A DNA stretch of 64,000 nt from Octopus sinensis (Eukaryota): NCBI RefSeq assembly GCF_006345805.1, contig NC_043014.1:31558001-31622000 (forward strand), given 5' to 3'. A model generated the notes under the pieces. It was not told the DNA's origin. It saw nothing but the letters and a program-made list of their open reading frames with translations, and made no database searches. Positions within the stretch are counted from its first letter, which is position 1, and each line of letters starts with the position of its first letter. Of the stretch, positions 23,651 through 35,682 are shown in pieces. A program made the position numbers and the translations under genes.

Positions 23651-25264
23651 GATACTCTATTCTTCAAAAATAGTGTGATGTTACCACAAATTGGATTGTT
23701 TTTTTGCCAAAAACACTTTATTCATTATAGCTCATAATCCTTAATAAAAGCGTTCACAAACAACAAAAACATCATTTACACACAAAGTGCTTGTTTTGAC
23801 AGTTGGGATACGATTTTATAAACAAGCTTTGAAGTGCTGACTGAGTTGGTATTTTACAGAAGAAAGATTTTTAAGGCAGAATAGCTGTGAAAACAGCTTA
23901 GAAGATCAGGTAAAACCCTTAAAAAATGGGGAAAAAGTTGCCAGCAACTTATTATAGAGACTTGAACCCTGTATCTCTCAAATTTTGACTAAGCACTCTG
24001 TACCATTAAGCAAAGAGACCCCTGACATCAGATACCATCTTTTATAACACTAAATATCTTAAAATGACAAAAATATTTTGACTTGTTAAAATGATCACTG
24101 TTTTTTCACCAATTAGGTAATGTCACTTTTTTGATAACTAATAAATTTTGACAAGGTTTCCACCATAAGATTCATTTCATAGAGCTCTTTCATTTGAACA
24201 CAACTATTGTATAACTTTCTCTTACAATAGCAGAGATATTTTGATTCAAAGTCAATTTTTGGGTTTACCATTTTCTTCATCCCTTAAAGCCACACTACTT
24301 TTTACATGTGGATGTGTGGTAAGAAGCTTGCTTCCCAATCACATGGCTCCGGGTTCAGTCCCACTGCGTAGCACCTTGGGCAAGTGCTTTCTACTGTAGC
24401 CTCAAGCAGACCAAAGCCTACACATTCTAAGTAATTTGCCAACAGTCCTTCAGCAACAACACACCTTGATAAACTCAGTGTCTACAACCAAATTCAGGTT
24501 ATGACAGACAGAGTGGATGTTCTTGAAGCTGAGAATCTGAACTTACAGAGATAATATTTACATATTGCCTGAGGTAACACAACTATATCTCATGATGCAG
24601 GGAAACAGTAGGATAATCAAGTACCTGCATGCCTGGAGAACTACTGTTGTGTAGAAACAACTGTAGTGATTGAAAAATAAATGTCCAATCATACTCCTTC
24701 TTGATTCTAAATTTCTGCAATTATCTATTCACACACGACAGATGCCCAAAAGCAAACCTGAAAGTACATATAATATACTAGTACTGGAGAGTACAGGGTG
24801 AAATCTGAAGGCGAACAAGCTTTATACTGTACTCTACTACATTCTTAATGGAATATACCATAATAAATAAGTATATATATATATATACACACACACACAC
24901 ATAGATATATATATATACACACACAAACACATACATATATGTGCATACATTTACATATGTACATTTACATATGTATGTATATACATACATGCATACATAA
25001 ACATAAACACACATACACACACAGTGTATTTAGGTAGGCCTTTAGATATAAACAAGATTATAGAGTAACAGATATAATAAAGCATTGAGCCAAGTATTTC
25101 ATTGTATTTAATTCCACACCAATCCCTCTCTCTGAGATCTGAGTTCAAACCATGCCAAGTCTAATTTTGTTGTTTTCCATTTCCTTAACTATGGTGCAAT
25201 CAATGATGATTGTGCTGGGAGACATGGATAAAGGAGTATAGTCAATTCAAATGGCTATAGATAC

Positions 25265-25530
25265 ATTTGAAAATCAAAGAGAGAAAAGATAACTATGGAC
25301 AACTGCTTTGAAACCTCCAGCATCTATATCCGGAACACAAATGTACATTTATACCAAAAATAATTGGAGCACTTGGGTAAGTAAATGCCTGACTGTCAGT
25401 CTGGATAAGTTTGAATCTTCAGAAAAAGGAAATCAACCAAATGATTCGCACATTAGAAATACAATCTGTAAGTGGAACAGTAAAACTATGCAAGACTTTT
25501 CTCAGGTTAAAAATATGAGATTGTTTTTGT
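25265..25530 (+). mobile_element. 3' fragment of a second RLE-type non-LTR retrotransposon
   Basis: KIKERKDNYGQLL*NLQHLYPEHKCTFIPKIIGALG..KEINQMIRTLEIQSVSGTVKLCKTF: an RLE C-terminus with IIGALG motif. Confidence 0.7.
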
Positions 25531-25629
25531 TATCTACATTCCAAAGATTGAGCTTTGTATCTTAGTTAGAAATCAGCTTCTTCTTCAGAGGAAGAATTTA
25601 AATGATTAAATACAAAAGATACATACATA

Positions 25630-26045
25630 TATAAATGTGGCTGTGGTAAGAAGCTGCTTCCCAACCACCTGGTTCAGGTTTCAACTCTACTGCATGGCAT
25701 CTTGAGTAAGTGTTTTCTGCTTTAGTACTGGGCTGACCAAAGCCTTGTGAGCAGATTTGGTAGACAGAAAACAGAAAGACACCTGTCAGTCGCATGTGTA
25801 GGGGTGTGAAAGTGTCTCCTTGTCTTGATATTGCTTGTTAATTGTAAATGATTGTCCCTGCCTGATATGCAGTGTCGTTCATTTTCAACATTCTGCAAGA
25901 ACACATCTGGCCATGGAGAAATACTATCTTACTTCAAAGCAGGTGAGGGTTGGCAACAAGATGGGCATCTGACCATAGAAAAATCTGCCTAAGAAAAAAA
26001 CCCAAAAAAACCTGCTAGCATGGAAAAGTGGATGTTAAAATGACA
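25630..26045 (+). mobile_element. SINE family B
   Basis: Family-A head plus RTE-type tail. Confidence 0.7.
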
Positions 26046-27602
26046 ACAAGAATGATGATGATGATATACCCCTTATCCATACAAATTTGTTGCATTGGGA
26101 CATTGAAACTAACAACTCTAAGTACACGGAATATATGAGTATTTGTGTGTGTATGTGTGTACCTCAGTGATATTTCACTATGACAACCATAAAGGTTATG
26201 GCTGCAAGAGACAATACTCCAGGAGACCTTATCTTTGCTAAGGTTATAATAACCTTTTAGTGAAGGCCATAAAATCAAGACAGTGTGAATGTTCAAATAT
26301 ACTTAGCAGAAACTACAACCACAAAACCAACGACACCACCAAGGAGCATTACGATAGAAAGTAAATTACTACAGGTAATAATAATACCTGGCAAAATGAA
26401 TAAGTGTCTAAAATCTTTCTCTTATATTCATATCCATCTCTCTCTCTCTCTCTCTCAGGTGTGGCCTAGAGGTACAATGTAGATTAGCAGAGAAATAAAT
26501 AGAGCGACAGATTAGTAGGTTTAATTAAAACAATTTGAAAAAGGGAACAACAGTAACTAAATTGAATCATGATTGTGATGATGACTGGCATCACCACCAC
26601 CATTATCTTCATCTGCATTGCCATCGTGTTGCTCAAGTAAACTTTCTAACAAACACTTGCTGTCTGTTTAAAAGGCTGTTAGCATTTTTCATTTTGCAAA
26701 TGCAGTGTATTAAATTAGAACTGTCCAACCACAACCTTTTCTTCAGCAGCGCAATCCCTAGATACAACATGCATCAACAGTAGCAGCACCAAATGCTACC
26801 ACTGCCACCATAATCACCATCACCAACCAGGTAATATTCATAGTGCGTTCTTAATTTTGATTCCTTGCAGCAATTTTCATTAAATTGATCAAACCAAATG
26901 AGGAGGGAGAGGTGGGGGGGAGAGGAGGTAAGTGTAATTAAATGGTTCAAACTGCTCAATACATGTTGGTACTACTACATTACATCATGATCTTTGGATC
27001 TTTTGAAGACAGAAATTCTTGATGATGATGATGATGATGGAAAGGACAAAAGAAGAAACAACAAAAATTGTAACAAGAACACAAAATACCAATCAATGAA
27101 TCAGCAAAATCAATCAAACCAAACAACTGACAGCGTGTGACTACCATGACCACCATCACCACTTTAATAGTAAGGGTCTATTAAGTCCTGTGGGGTTGTT
27201 AAGGACCTGCATATAGCTTTCATTTCATTTGGTTTTGTGATATAAGAATGATAAATAATTTTTTCCATACTATTCCTCATCTTTCAAATACCACACAAAA
27301 CACATTGTACAATCCCCCATCACTCCAACCCTTTGGTATTACATCCTATCCACCCCCTTGTCTCCTCTACAGATTTCAAACAATCTCATCTACATTAATC
27401 TCAATGACATGGTACAGGAGAGGGAACTGGTGTATAATCATTATGAGCAATGCCTCTCCTTTGAGTAATTTTCTTTCCTTTTTTTAAACTGCATGTGATA
27501 TAGTATCTATATCTCTCAGGAATTTTGATGAACTGAAGCAATGTGGAGTAAATTGTATTAGACCCAGAACCAAAAGAAACACCTATGTGAAGACACAATG
27601 CT

Positions 27603-27646
<44 letters not shown>

Positions 27647-27668
27647 AGCATTGTGTCTTCACAATATA

Positions 27669-27709
<41 letters not shown>

Positions 27710-27884
27710 GCAGTATACATGTCCCAAGGAAATGATTTGTGGATTGAACAACAATTATTTATATACATGATGTGTCTGAACCATGCATGGTCGAAACAAT
27801 CATGAAGGAATAACCATAATACCAACACATCCATTCTTGGACTTAAATATATATATATATAATATATATATATATAAATTATAG

Positions 27885-28260
27885 GTGCAGGAGTGGGTGT
27901 GTTAAGTAGCTTGCTTACCAACCACATAGACATGGCATCTTAGGCTAATGTCTTCCACTATAGCCTTCGGCAGACCAAAGCCTTCTGAGTGGATTTGGTA
28001 GATGGAAACTGAAAGAAGCCTGTCATATATACATATATATATATGTGTGTGTGTGTGTATATGTTTATGTGTCAGTGTTTGTCCCCACAACATCACTTGA
28101 CAACCGATGCTGGTGCATTCACATCCCCATAACTTAGCACTTCAGCAAAAGAAACCGATAGAATAAGTACTAGGCTTACAAAGAATAAGTCCTGGGGTTG
28201 ATTTGCTTGACTAAAGGCAGTGCTCCAGCATGGCTGCAGTCAAATGACTGAAACAAATAA
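27885..28260 (+). mobile_element. SINE family A, full length
   Basis: ATAGGTGCAGGAGTG head through CAAATGACTGAAACAA tail. Confidence 0.8.
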
Positions 28261-28267
28261 TATATAT

Positions 28268-28890
28268 ATTCTTTTACTTGTTTCAGTCATTTGACTGCAG
28301 CCATGCTGGAGCCGCACTCTGAAAGGTTTTTAGTCAAACAAACTGACCCCAGGTCTTATTTCTTAAGCCTAGCACTTATTCTATCGGTTTCCTTTGCTGA
28401 ACTACTTAAGATACAGGGACGTAAACACACCAACACAAGTTGTCAAGTGGTGATAGGAGGACAAACACAGACACAAAGACACACACACACATATATATAT
28501 TGATTGAATCAGATAGAATTTGTTGAGGTAGATTTTATACAACCTAATGCCATTCCTTTTATCACTCCTCACCAGTTTCCAAGCAGGGTAATATTTCCCC
28601 ATAACCAGACACATTTCATGGAATACTGGAAACAAAGGACAACACTTGCATGACGGTGACGTTTGTTAACAACTATTGCATGAAAACATAACAACACACA
28701 TACACATACATACACATACATACATGTACATCTAAATGTATACGATGGGCTTCTTTCAAGTTCCATCCACCAAATCCATGCACAAGGTTTTGGGAGGCCC
28801 AGGGTTATAGTAGAAGATACTTGAGGGGCCCATACAGTGGGACTGAACACAACACCATGTGGTTTGGGAAGACATCTTATCATTGCACAT
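28268..28890 (-). mobile_element. Composite SINE: head + family B tail + family A tail
   Basis: In the sense direction: head 28890-28745, B tail 28700-28505, A tail 28480-28270. Confidence 0.6.
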
Positions 28891-29108
28891 CTAAGCTTAT
28901 GCATATTCATTTAGTAGTAACCCTAATACACGCAAGTACATATTTAAAACATGATTACATTGCAATTTTACTTTGTATCTTATAAATAACATACTTATTT
29001 GAAATAATTAAGTATAAGAAAGAAATTTAGAAAAAACAAAACAAAAAACTACAGTATAGACAGGTTTTCAATAATATTTTTTAAAAGAAAATCAAATTAT
29101 TCCTACAG

Positions 29109-29183
<75 letters not shown>

Positions 29184-29596
29184 TACACATATATAGATAG
29201 ATAGACACACAAACAAATATATATTTGTGTGTGCATATGTGTGTGTATTTATGTTGTTTTTCAATTCAGTTTAATTAAAAATAATTGAAAATCTTGTTAA
29301 TATTCACAATTTTATAATTTTTTTTTTTATAATTATTTCATTTCTCTAAACTTTCTTCATTCAGGAAATTAAAATAAAACAAAAATTTAAAAAGATAAAA
29401 AAGCCTAAATTCATTGCTTACCATTTTCATGTAAGCAGCAGCACATACTTATATTTACTGTGTTAGCAACATTTCCTTTTAATGCATTCAACATAATGAC
29501 TGCCAACCCACTTGGTCCATCCCATCACCTCACCTAATGTTTTGACACTGCAGCATCTTGATAAATAATCAACAACATCTTAAATAGATTAATATA

Positions 29597-30620
29597 AGGT
29601 GGCTGTGTGGTTGGGAAGTTTGCTTCTCAAGTATGTGGCCTTGGGTTCAGTCCCACTACATGACACCACATTACATTATTATGTATCTCATAGAATTGCT
29701 GACTGCCGGAGCACCACTGATGACTTTGTGACCAGATCCCTCTACCTGTCTATCTTCTGCCTCTCACAATGCGTCTCTCATCTCTATGCCTGTCCACTCA
29801 CAGATGTTGTTTTCCCACCTCTTTCTCTGTCTGCCTCTGTGTCTGCTACCTTTGACTGTTCCCTGAAGGATTGTTTTGGCCTTCCCTGATGAGAAGGTGA
29901 CATACCCAAACCATCTGAGCTTGCGTTTCTTTACTGTGGTAAGAAGTTCCTCATAGAACCCTACTGCCTGCCTTAATCTTTGTGAGTAGTCTTGGTAGAT
30001 GGAAACTGGAAGAAGCTCATCATAAATCTTTTATCTTGTTTCAGTCATTGGATTGTGGCCATGCTGGGGCACCACCTTGAAGGGTTTTTTTGTTGAATGA
30101 ATTGACTCAAGTACCTTTTTATTAAAGCCTGTTCTATTGATTTTTTTTTACTGAACTAAGTTACAGGGACATACACAAACCAACACCAGTTGTCAAGCAG
30201 TGGTGGGGGACAAACATACACAAAGACACACACACATATATGATGGGCTTCTTTTAGTTTCCATCTACCAAATCCACTCACAAGTTTTGGTTGGCCTGAG
30301 GCTACAGTAGAAAATACTTGCCCAAAGTTCCATGCCGTGAGGTTGAATCTGAAACCATGTGGTTGGCAAGCAAGTTTCTTACCACATAGCCATGCCATAT
30401 ATATAATACACCCCCACCCCACACAGGTCTGTGTGTGTGTGTGTGCCCTTGTAATGGTTGTAAATAAAAGTCATAGCCTCACACTGTTTGCTTCTCGTCT
30501 TGCTAAGGGAAAATATTCTATTGCTTGGAAACAGGAAAGACATCTGGCTGTATAAAACCTGCCTCAAGAAATTCCATCTGACTCATGCAATCTTGGTAAA
30601 ATGGATGTTAAATGATGAAG
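29597..30620 (+). mobile_element. Family B SINE interrupted by a Penelope-end-like fragment (~29680-29960) and an antisense family A SINE (~30030-30395)
   Basis: Head halves at 29597-29660 and 29965-30025; B tail at 30425-30620. Confidence 0.55.
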
Positions 30621-30820
30621 CTGATGATAGGAAAATAACTTTCTTTCCATAAAGAAAAAAAAAAGGCATATTTGAAAGTAGCTTATGTTACATGAAAGTT
30701 AAAAGCTACTATTAAAATGTCCATCAGTTACTGCTCTAATGTAGCAAAACCTATGATCAAAGTCATTCTATGATGTTTCCCCACCCCAAACGGATATAAT
30801 AATATTGGCCACATGGTTAA

Positions 30821-31034
30821 CATTAACATTCACATTATTTTGTCAAATGTAAAAATTATTCATGTTGTTTTAAATTAATCATGCATTATCTCTCAGTTTT
30901 GAGAGTTTGACGATGTGATTGTTTACTTTTAGAATAACATTATAGAGTTGGTGTGAGAGACCAGATCTGGCTAATCTGAGCATAAAATGGGTAGAATATT
31001 TTGGCTGGATATGGCTGGTTTAAATGTTAAAGGG
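30821..31034. mobile_element. TTAA MITE copy (opposite orientation to 10233)
   Basis: Internal homology to 10233-10451; ends AAAGGG|TCAA. Confidence 0.7.
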
Positions 31035-31335
31035 TCAAGTGGTTCAATTTGCAAACACTGCTTGGTATTTTGAGCAAATGTCCTTTGTCATAACTTTGAG
31101 CAGCACAAAAGCTTTGTAAGTAATATACATAAATTATGAGGCAGCCTATCAGATGGGACTTGGCAATTCAAATGGCCACACTTTTTGTTCCTGTAAATTA
31201 TATTACAGGGATACACTGTATGTGGAATACTCAGCCTGCTAAATCAAAGAGCAGTTAATTCAATTTATCAAACAATTGGAATCCATAATCAGAACTAAAA
31301 GAGATCTTTTTAAGACACTAAAGGTGTGATTTTAA

Positions 31336-31515
31336 CCTTTTGGCATTCAGATTACTCTACCAAATGTAATGCCTATTTATTCACATAATTTGGAATTAAG
31401 CATAAAATATCTTGTAGCTTCAAGATTTCGATGATGTGATTTTTTTAATTTTTAAAATTACATTGTAGGGTAGATAGGTATGAGGCTGGATCTGGCCAGT
31501 TTGAATGCTAAAGGG
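31336..31515. mobile_element. TTAA MITE copy, internally deleted
   Basis: TTAA|CCTTTTGGCATTC...GAATGCTAAAGGG|TTAA. Confidence 0.8.
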
Positions 31516-32289
31516 TTAAGGGAGATTTGGCTGCTATTTCTAGCAGATCAACTGACTACTTAGAAGCTCCTTCAGTGGGTGTGTGTGTGAGTATCCTTCA
31601 GTTAATTAATTATTATAGAACTTGTTGGATTTTGGATACACCATTTTGTTGTCAACAATATTGATGTTTTGCATGTTCATTCATAGATGCAGGCATGGCT
31701 GGTCATGGGATGTATCATTTCTATGGCTGGATGCCATAGAAAATCTACCTCATCAAATTCCATGTCATCTGCGTGAGCATGAAAAAGTCAACATTAAAAC
31801 AATGATGATAATGATTCATTTTATAATTTGATTGCATCAATTTATTTTCAATGATGTATATATAAATATACAACCAATGTAGGGTGATGAATGAAAGCCA
31901 GTGTGCATATAAATAACATTCTTTTTTATTATCACTGTCACTTCACTGAACATTGGGCTTCTGGATATGACATGTTCTTGCCTAGAATGTCTGCTAATTC
32001 CTCACAAGTTATGTCTTTTAAGAACATAATGGGTTTTTTTTTTGTAATCCCAAAATATGTAGGAAACATGGCTGGTGGTGACTTCTGCAGGGTGTCCAAG
32101 TTAAATTTGGTGATTCTTTGTGTCTCCTTTTTAAGAAATAGCTTAGCTTGCTGAATTTTGTCAATGGCAGTGGAGAGCATAAAGATTATAGTTGTAGTTG
32201 AGAGAAATGTAGCTGACATGGAGGACTGGAAGCCACCTAAATATTGAGAAAAAGTTACCTGTATTATGATGATTTGGGACAACTATCAA

Positions 32290-32858
32290 AAATACTGACA
32301 TCACGACTGCTGCTCAATATTCTATGAACACTGTAAAAGTTGCAAAATGTGACATGGATGTCACGGAAATCAGGGTCTCCTAAAATGTGATAGTTTTGGA
32401 GTGTGTCTCCAGTGAGGGTAATGCCATGCCACCACACATCATTGAACAGGGCCTTAGGTACAATCCAGATGGCTATGTGAAGGTGCTGGAGACTGTGGTC
32501 AAACCCTGGCTGGAGTGAGTGGATACTAGAACGTCATATGTGTGGCAGCAGGATCTGGCTCCTTGCCATACCTCTGGAAAGAGTCAGAAGAAATTAGGAG
32601 GCTAGACATTAGGATTTCACCAGCTCCAATGTCTAGCCTCCTAATTCCTTGAGATTGCAATCTCATGGATTACTACACACAGGGAGTGGTTGAAAAAAAA
32701 ACACCAACTGCTCTGCCTGCAACATCCAGGCTGAACTAGTGTTCAGGATGAAGGAGATATTCGAAGATCTCTACAGGAACATAATGAGGAATACATGTGC
32801 TAGGTCTTGGAGCCAGCTTGAAGCTGTGTTGGAAGCTGAGGGCAGCTACTTTGAGTAA
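32290..32858 (+). pseudogene. Tc1/mariner (maT/DD37D-like) transposase catalytic region, decayed
   Basis: VSSEGNAMPPHIIEQGL..YVKVLETVVKPW..YVWQQDLAPCHTS..PPNS..CNLMDYY..LEAVLEAEGSYFE*. Confidence 0.85.
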
Positions 32859-32886
32859 CCTGTTATCTCCCAACTATAATCTAATT

Positions 32887-33130
32887 CAGTGGTACCCAAA
32901 GTGGGCGGTGAGAGGGGGGCATTGAAAAATGGTGGGACAATAATGGGGTAGCTAAAAGGGGTAAATAGATGTAAAAAAAAAAACCAAAATAGTGGATTAA
33001 TTCGATTAAGTTTTACCTATGACATACAGTTGTTTTGAATTTGCTGCAGAAAGTGGTCTATGTTTGTAATGGTGAGTGATGGGGTGGCGCTAGGAATATA
33101 GCCTGGGTGCCAAGGAGGTGGTAGCCTGAT
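32887..33130 (+). mobile_element. Probable hAT/Charlie-type element 5' end
   Basis: Starts CAGTGGTACCCAAAGTGGGCGG, resembling hAT TIRs; no matching 3' TIR found. Confidence 0.4.
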
Positions 33131-35041
33131 CTAGTTGATCTTTTTTGATTTAACAAAATACTTTTATTTTTTGATGGGATATTGTGCTTTCTTTTCAATT
33201 TCTGCAAGCTGGCAAATTTGTTCTGAACACTCTGTACATATCATGAAGAATAAGGTGTCAACTGCCTACTACACATTAATATAACAACAATTACATATGC
33301 AATTACATAAATTGGAAACAGCATTAAAACTATATTTGTATGCCTACTTAAGTTTATTATGTAATAATAATAATAATTACTGCAATGGTGATAATGATAT
33401 GATGATTATGAGGTGAGAAAGTCAGAACTGTCAGTAATCAGGTTGGTCAGTATCTAGGCCAGTTGAGTTGAAAAATGTAGATGCTACGCTTAATTGCACA
33501 GGTAATAGCTCAGCTGTCGATACATATCTTGTGTGTGTGTGTGTGTGTGAAGATATGTACAGCTAAAGAAGAACATTGCACATCATTGAAGGAAGCAACA
33601 GATTTTATGAGTCAATGAGGGAGTTTTCATATTATGACTTGCCCTAACAGAAGTAACAGTCACATTGCCTTCAAATCCTTCTTCATAGAAAACAGGGAAA
33701 GTCACACTGGACAGAAATATGCACAAGTGGATAGAGAGAAAGGAAGACATTACACATACAAAACAAACATTCCTACATGTTCACACATATCAAAAAGAGA
33801 GCGAAAGGCGAGAAGGAAGGGAAAGAATGAAAGAAACATTAAAATGCCTGATGGCAAATACATCTGCATTGAATCAGCGACACCAAATAGGCAGCGCTAA
33901 AATAGCTGTTCTAAAAGCATCTCATACCTACATTGGTGTATACTGACAAGAAATATGGGGATGGTTGAAATGTCTTTGTCCACTGTCCACTGGATAAGAA
34001 TTAATCTGAAGCTAAACAAAATAACAGACATCATCACCTGCTGTTGTTAGAGTCTTGGTTCTGCAGGAGTAGACTAGTGGAATAAATATCTGAAACAAAA
34101 AATTTAAATTGGTCATTAATTGAGCCCCACCAGAACTATTTGGAATTGCTGAAGAGAGTAGAACAATTCTGCTTGATCCTGATCCAGCAGGACAAACCTA
34201 TGATCAAAGACAATCCAGCAGTGACAGTCCTTTTTTGTTTCTGTACATAGTGCATCTAAGACTATATTATTCAAAATATTCATGTGTATGTTTTTTAAAG
34301 ACAATACAGTATGATTTGAAGGGGATTTGGTTGCTATTTCTAGCTGGTCAAGGGACCCAATGCAAGTGATAGTATATTTAATGCAGTTTTGGGTTTATTG
34401 TCACCCTTTTAAAATTTCCATTGCTACTATGGAGTAATCTAGACCCAGGTCAGTCTTGATCGAGCAGACCTATGACCAAAAATTTCTAACCATGACCACC
34501 CATCTTCATTTCAAATAGAATATTTACAGGCACAGGCAAGGCTGTATAGTTAAGGAGCTCATTATACAACCACGTGTTTTTAGGTTCAGTCTTACTGCAC
34601 AGCAGTTTGGGCAAGTGTCTTCTACTATAACCCAGACTGACCAATGCCTTATGAGCAGATTTGGTAGGTCAAAACAGTGTAGAAAGAGATGTGACATCAT
34701 TCCATGGACAGAGCATTTGTTGCTATATCAATAAAAGATATGCCCATGTTTTGTACGCTATTACCAGATTGCAAAAAAAAAAAAAGTCTTTGTTGGCTTC
34801 AAATACTTCCAGAAAACTAGAGAGGACCACTCTTTTCTCTTTCAAACTGGGTGTCAACTGCTGAGATACCCACTTTGAAACACTTTCAGATGCCCAAAGT
34901 CTTCCACCATTTTTGGTAATGCATTGTGACCACAGTCCAATTGTGCCGTGGGCTCATGGATTGTGATTCATAGCATCCACCTGCTGTTGATTTGAACCAG
35001 TGGCTGATTGTTTCTCAATGACTGGTTCCCTCTCCTTTTAA

Positions 35042-35326
35042 CCTTTTAGCATTTAGACTGGCTATATCTGGCCAAAATATTCTACATGTTTTATGCTCAA
35101 AGTAGCCAGATCCAGTCTCTCACATCTTTTTTTTCCTTTTACTTGTTTCAGTCATTTGACTGTGGCCATGCTGGAGCACTGCCTGTAGTCGAGCAAATTG
35201 ACCCCAGGACTTATCCGTTTTAAGCCTAGTACTTATTCTATCAGTCTCTTTTGCTGAACGGCTAAGTTACGGGGACGTAAACACACCACCATTGGTTGTC
35301 AAGTGATGTTGGGGGGACAAATACAG

Positions 35327-35386
<60 letters not shown>

Positions 35387-35682
35387 TATATATACATACA
35401 TATATACGACAGGCTTCTTTCAGTTTCTGCCTACCAAATCCACACACAAGGCTTTGGTTGGCCCGAGGCTATAGTAGAAGACACTTGCCCAAAGTGCCAC
35501 ACAGTGGGAATGAACCAGTGGTAAGCAAGCTACTTACCACACAGCCACTCCTATGCCTGTAATTCTAAAAATAAACAATCACATCATTGAAATCTCAAAG
35601 CTTTAAGATAATACATGATTAATTCAAAGCAATATGAATAAACAAAGATTACATTTGACAGAGTAATCTGAATGTTAAAGGG
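35042..35682. mobile_element. TTAA MITE split by a family A SINE (35128-35559, minus)
   Basis: The two MITE halves (35042-35127 and 35560-35682) rejoin to match 10233-10451. Confidence 0.8.

Noticed and set aside
24455-24575. Coiled-coil-like peptide LDKLSVYNQIQVMTDRVDVLEAENLNLQR*
   Set aside because: Could be a LINE ORF1 relic, but it is too short and has no diagnostic motif.
25321-25376. Apparent exon with a consensus GG|GTAAGT donor
   Set aside because: The reading continues on both sides as an RLE-type LINE C-terminus (IIGALG..SGTVKLCKTF).
26990-27072. Protein-like peptide SLDLLKTEILDDDDDDGKDKKKKQQKL*
   Set aside because: Explained by a (GAT)n repeat plus an A-rich tract; there is an in-frame stop just upstream and only a weak acceptor.
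31938-32282. 114-aa minus-strand ORF following a good acceptor
   Set aside because: No recognisable domain, a poly-A-derived KKK stretch and no supporting partner exon.
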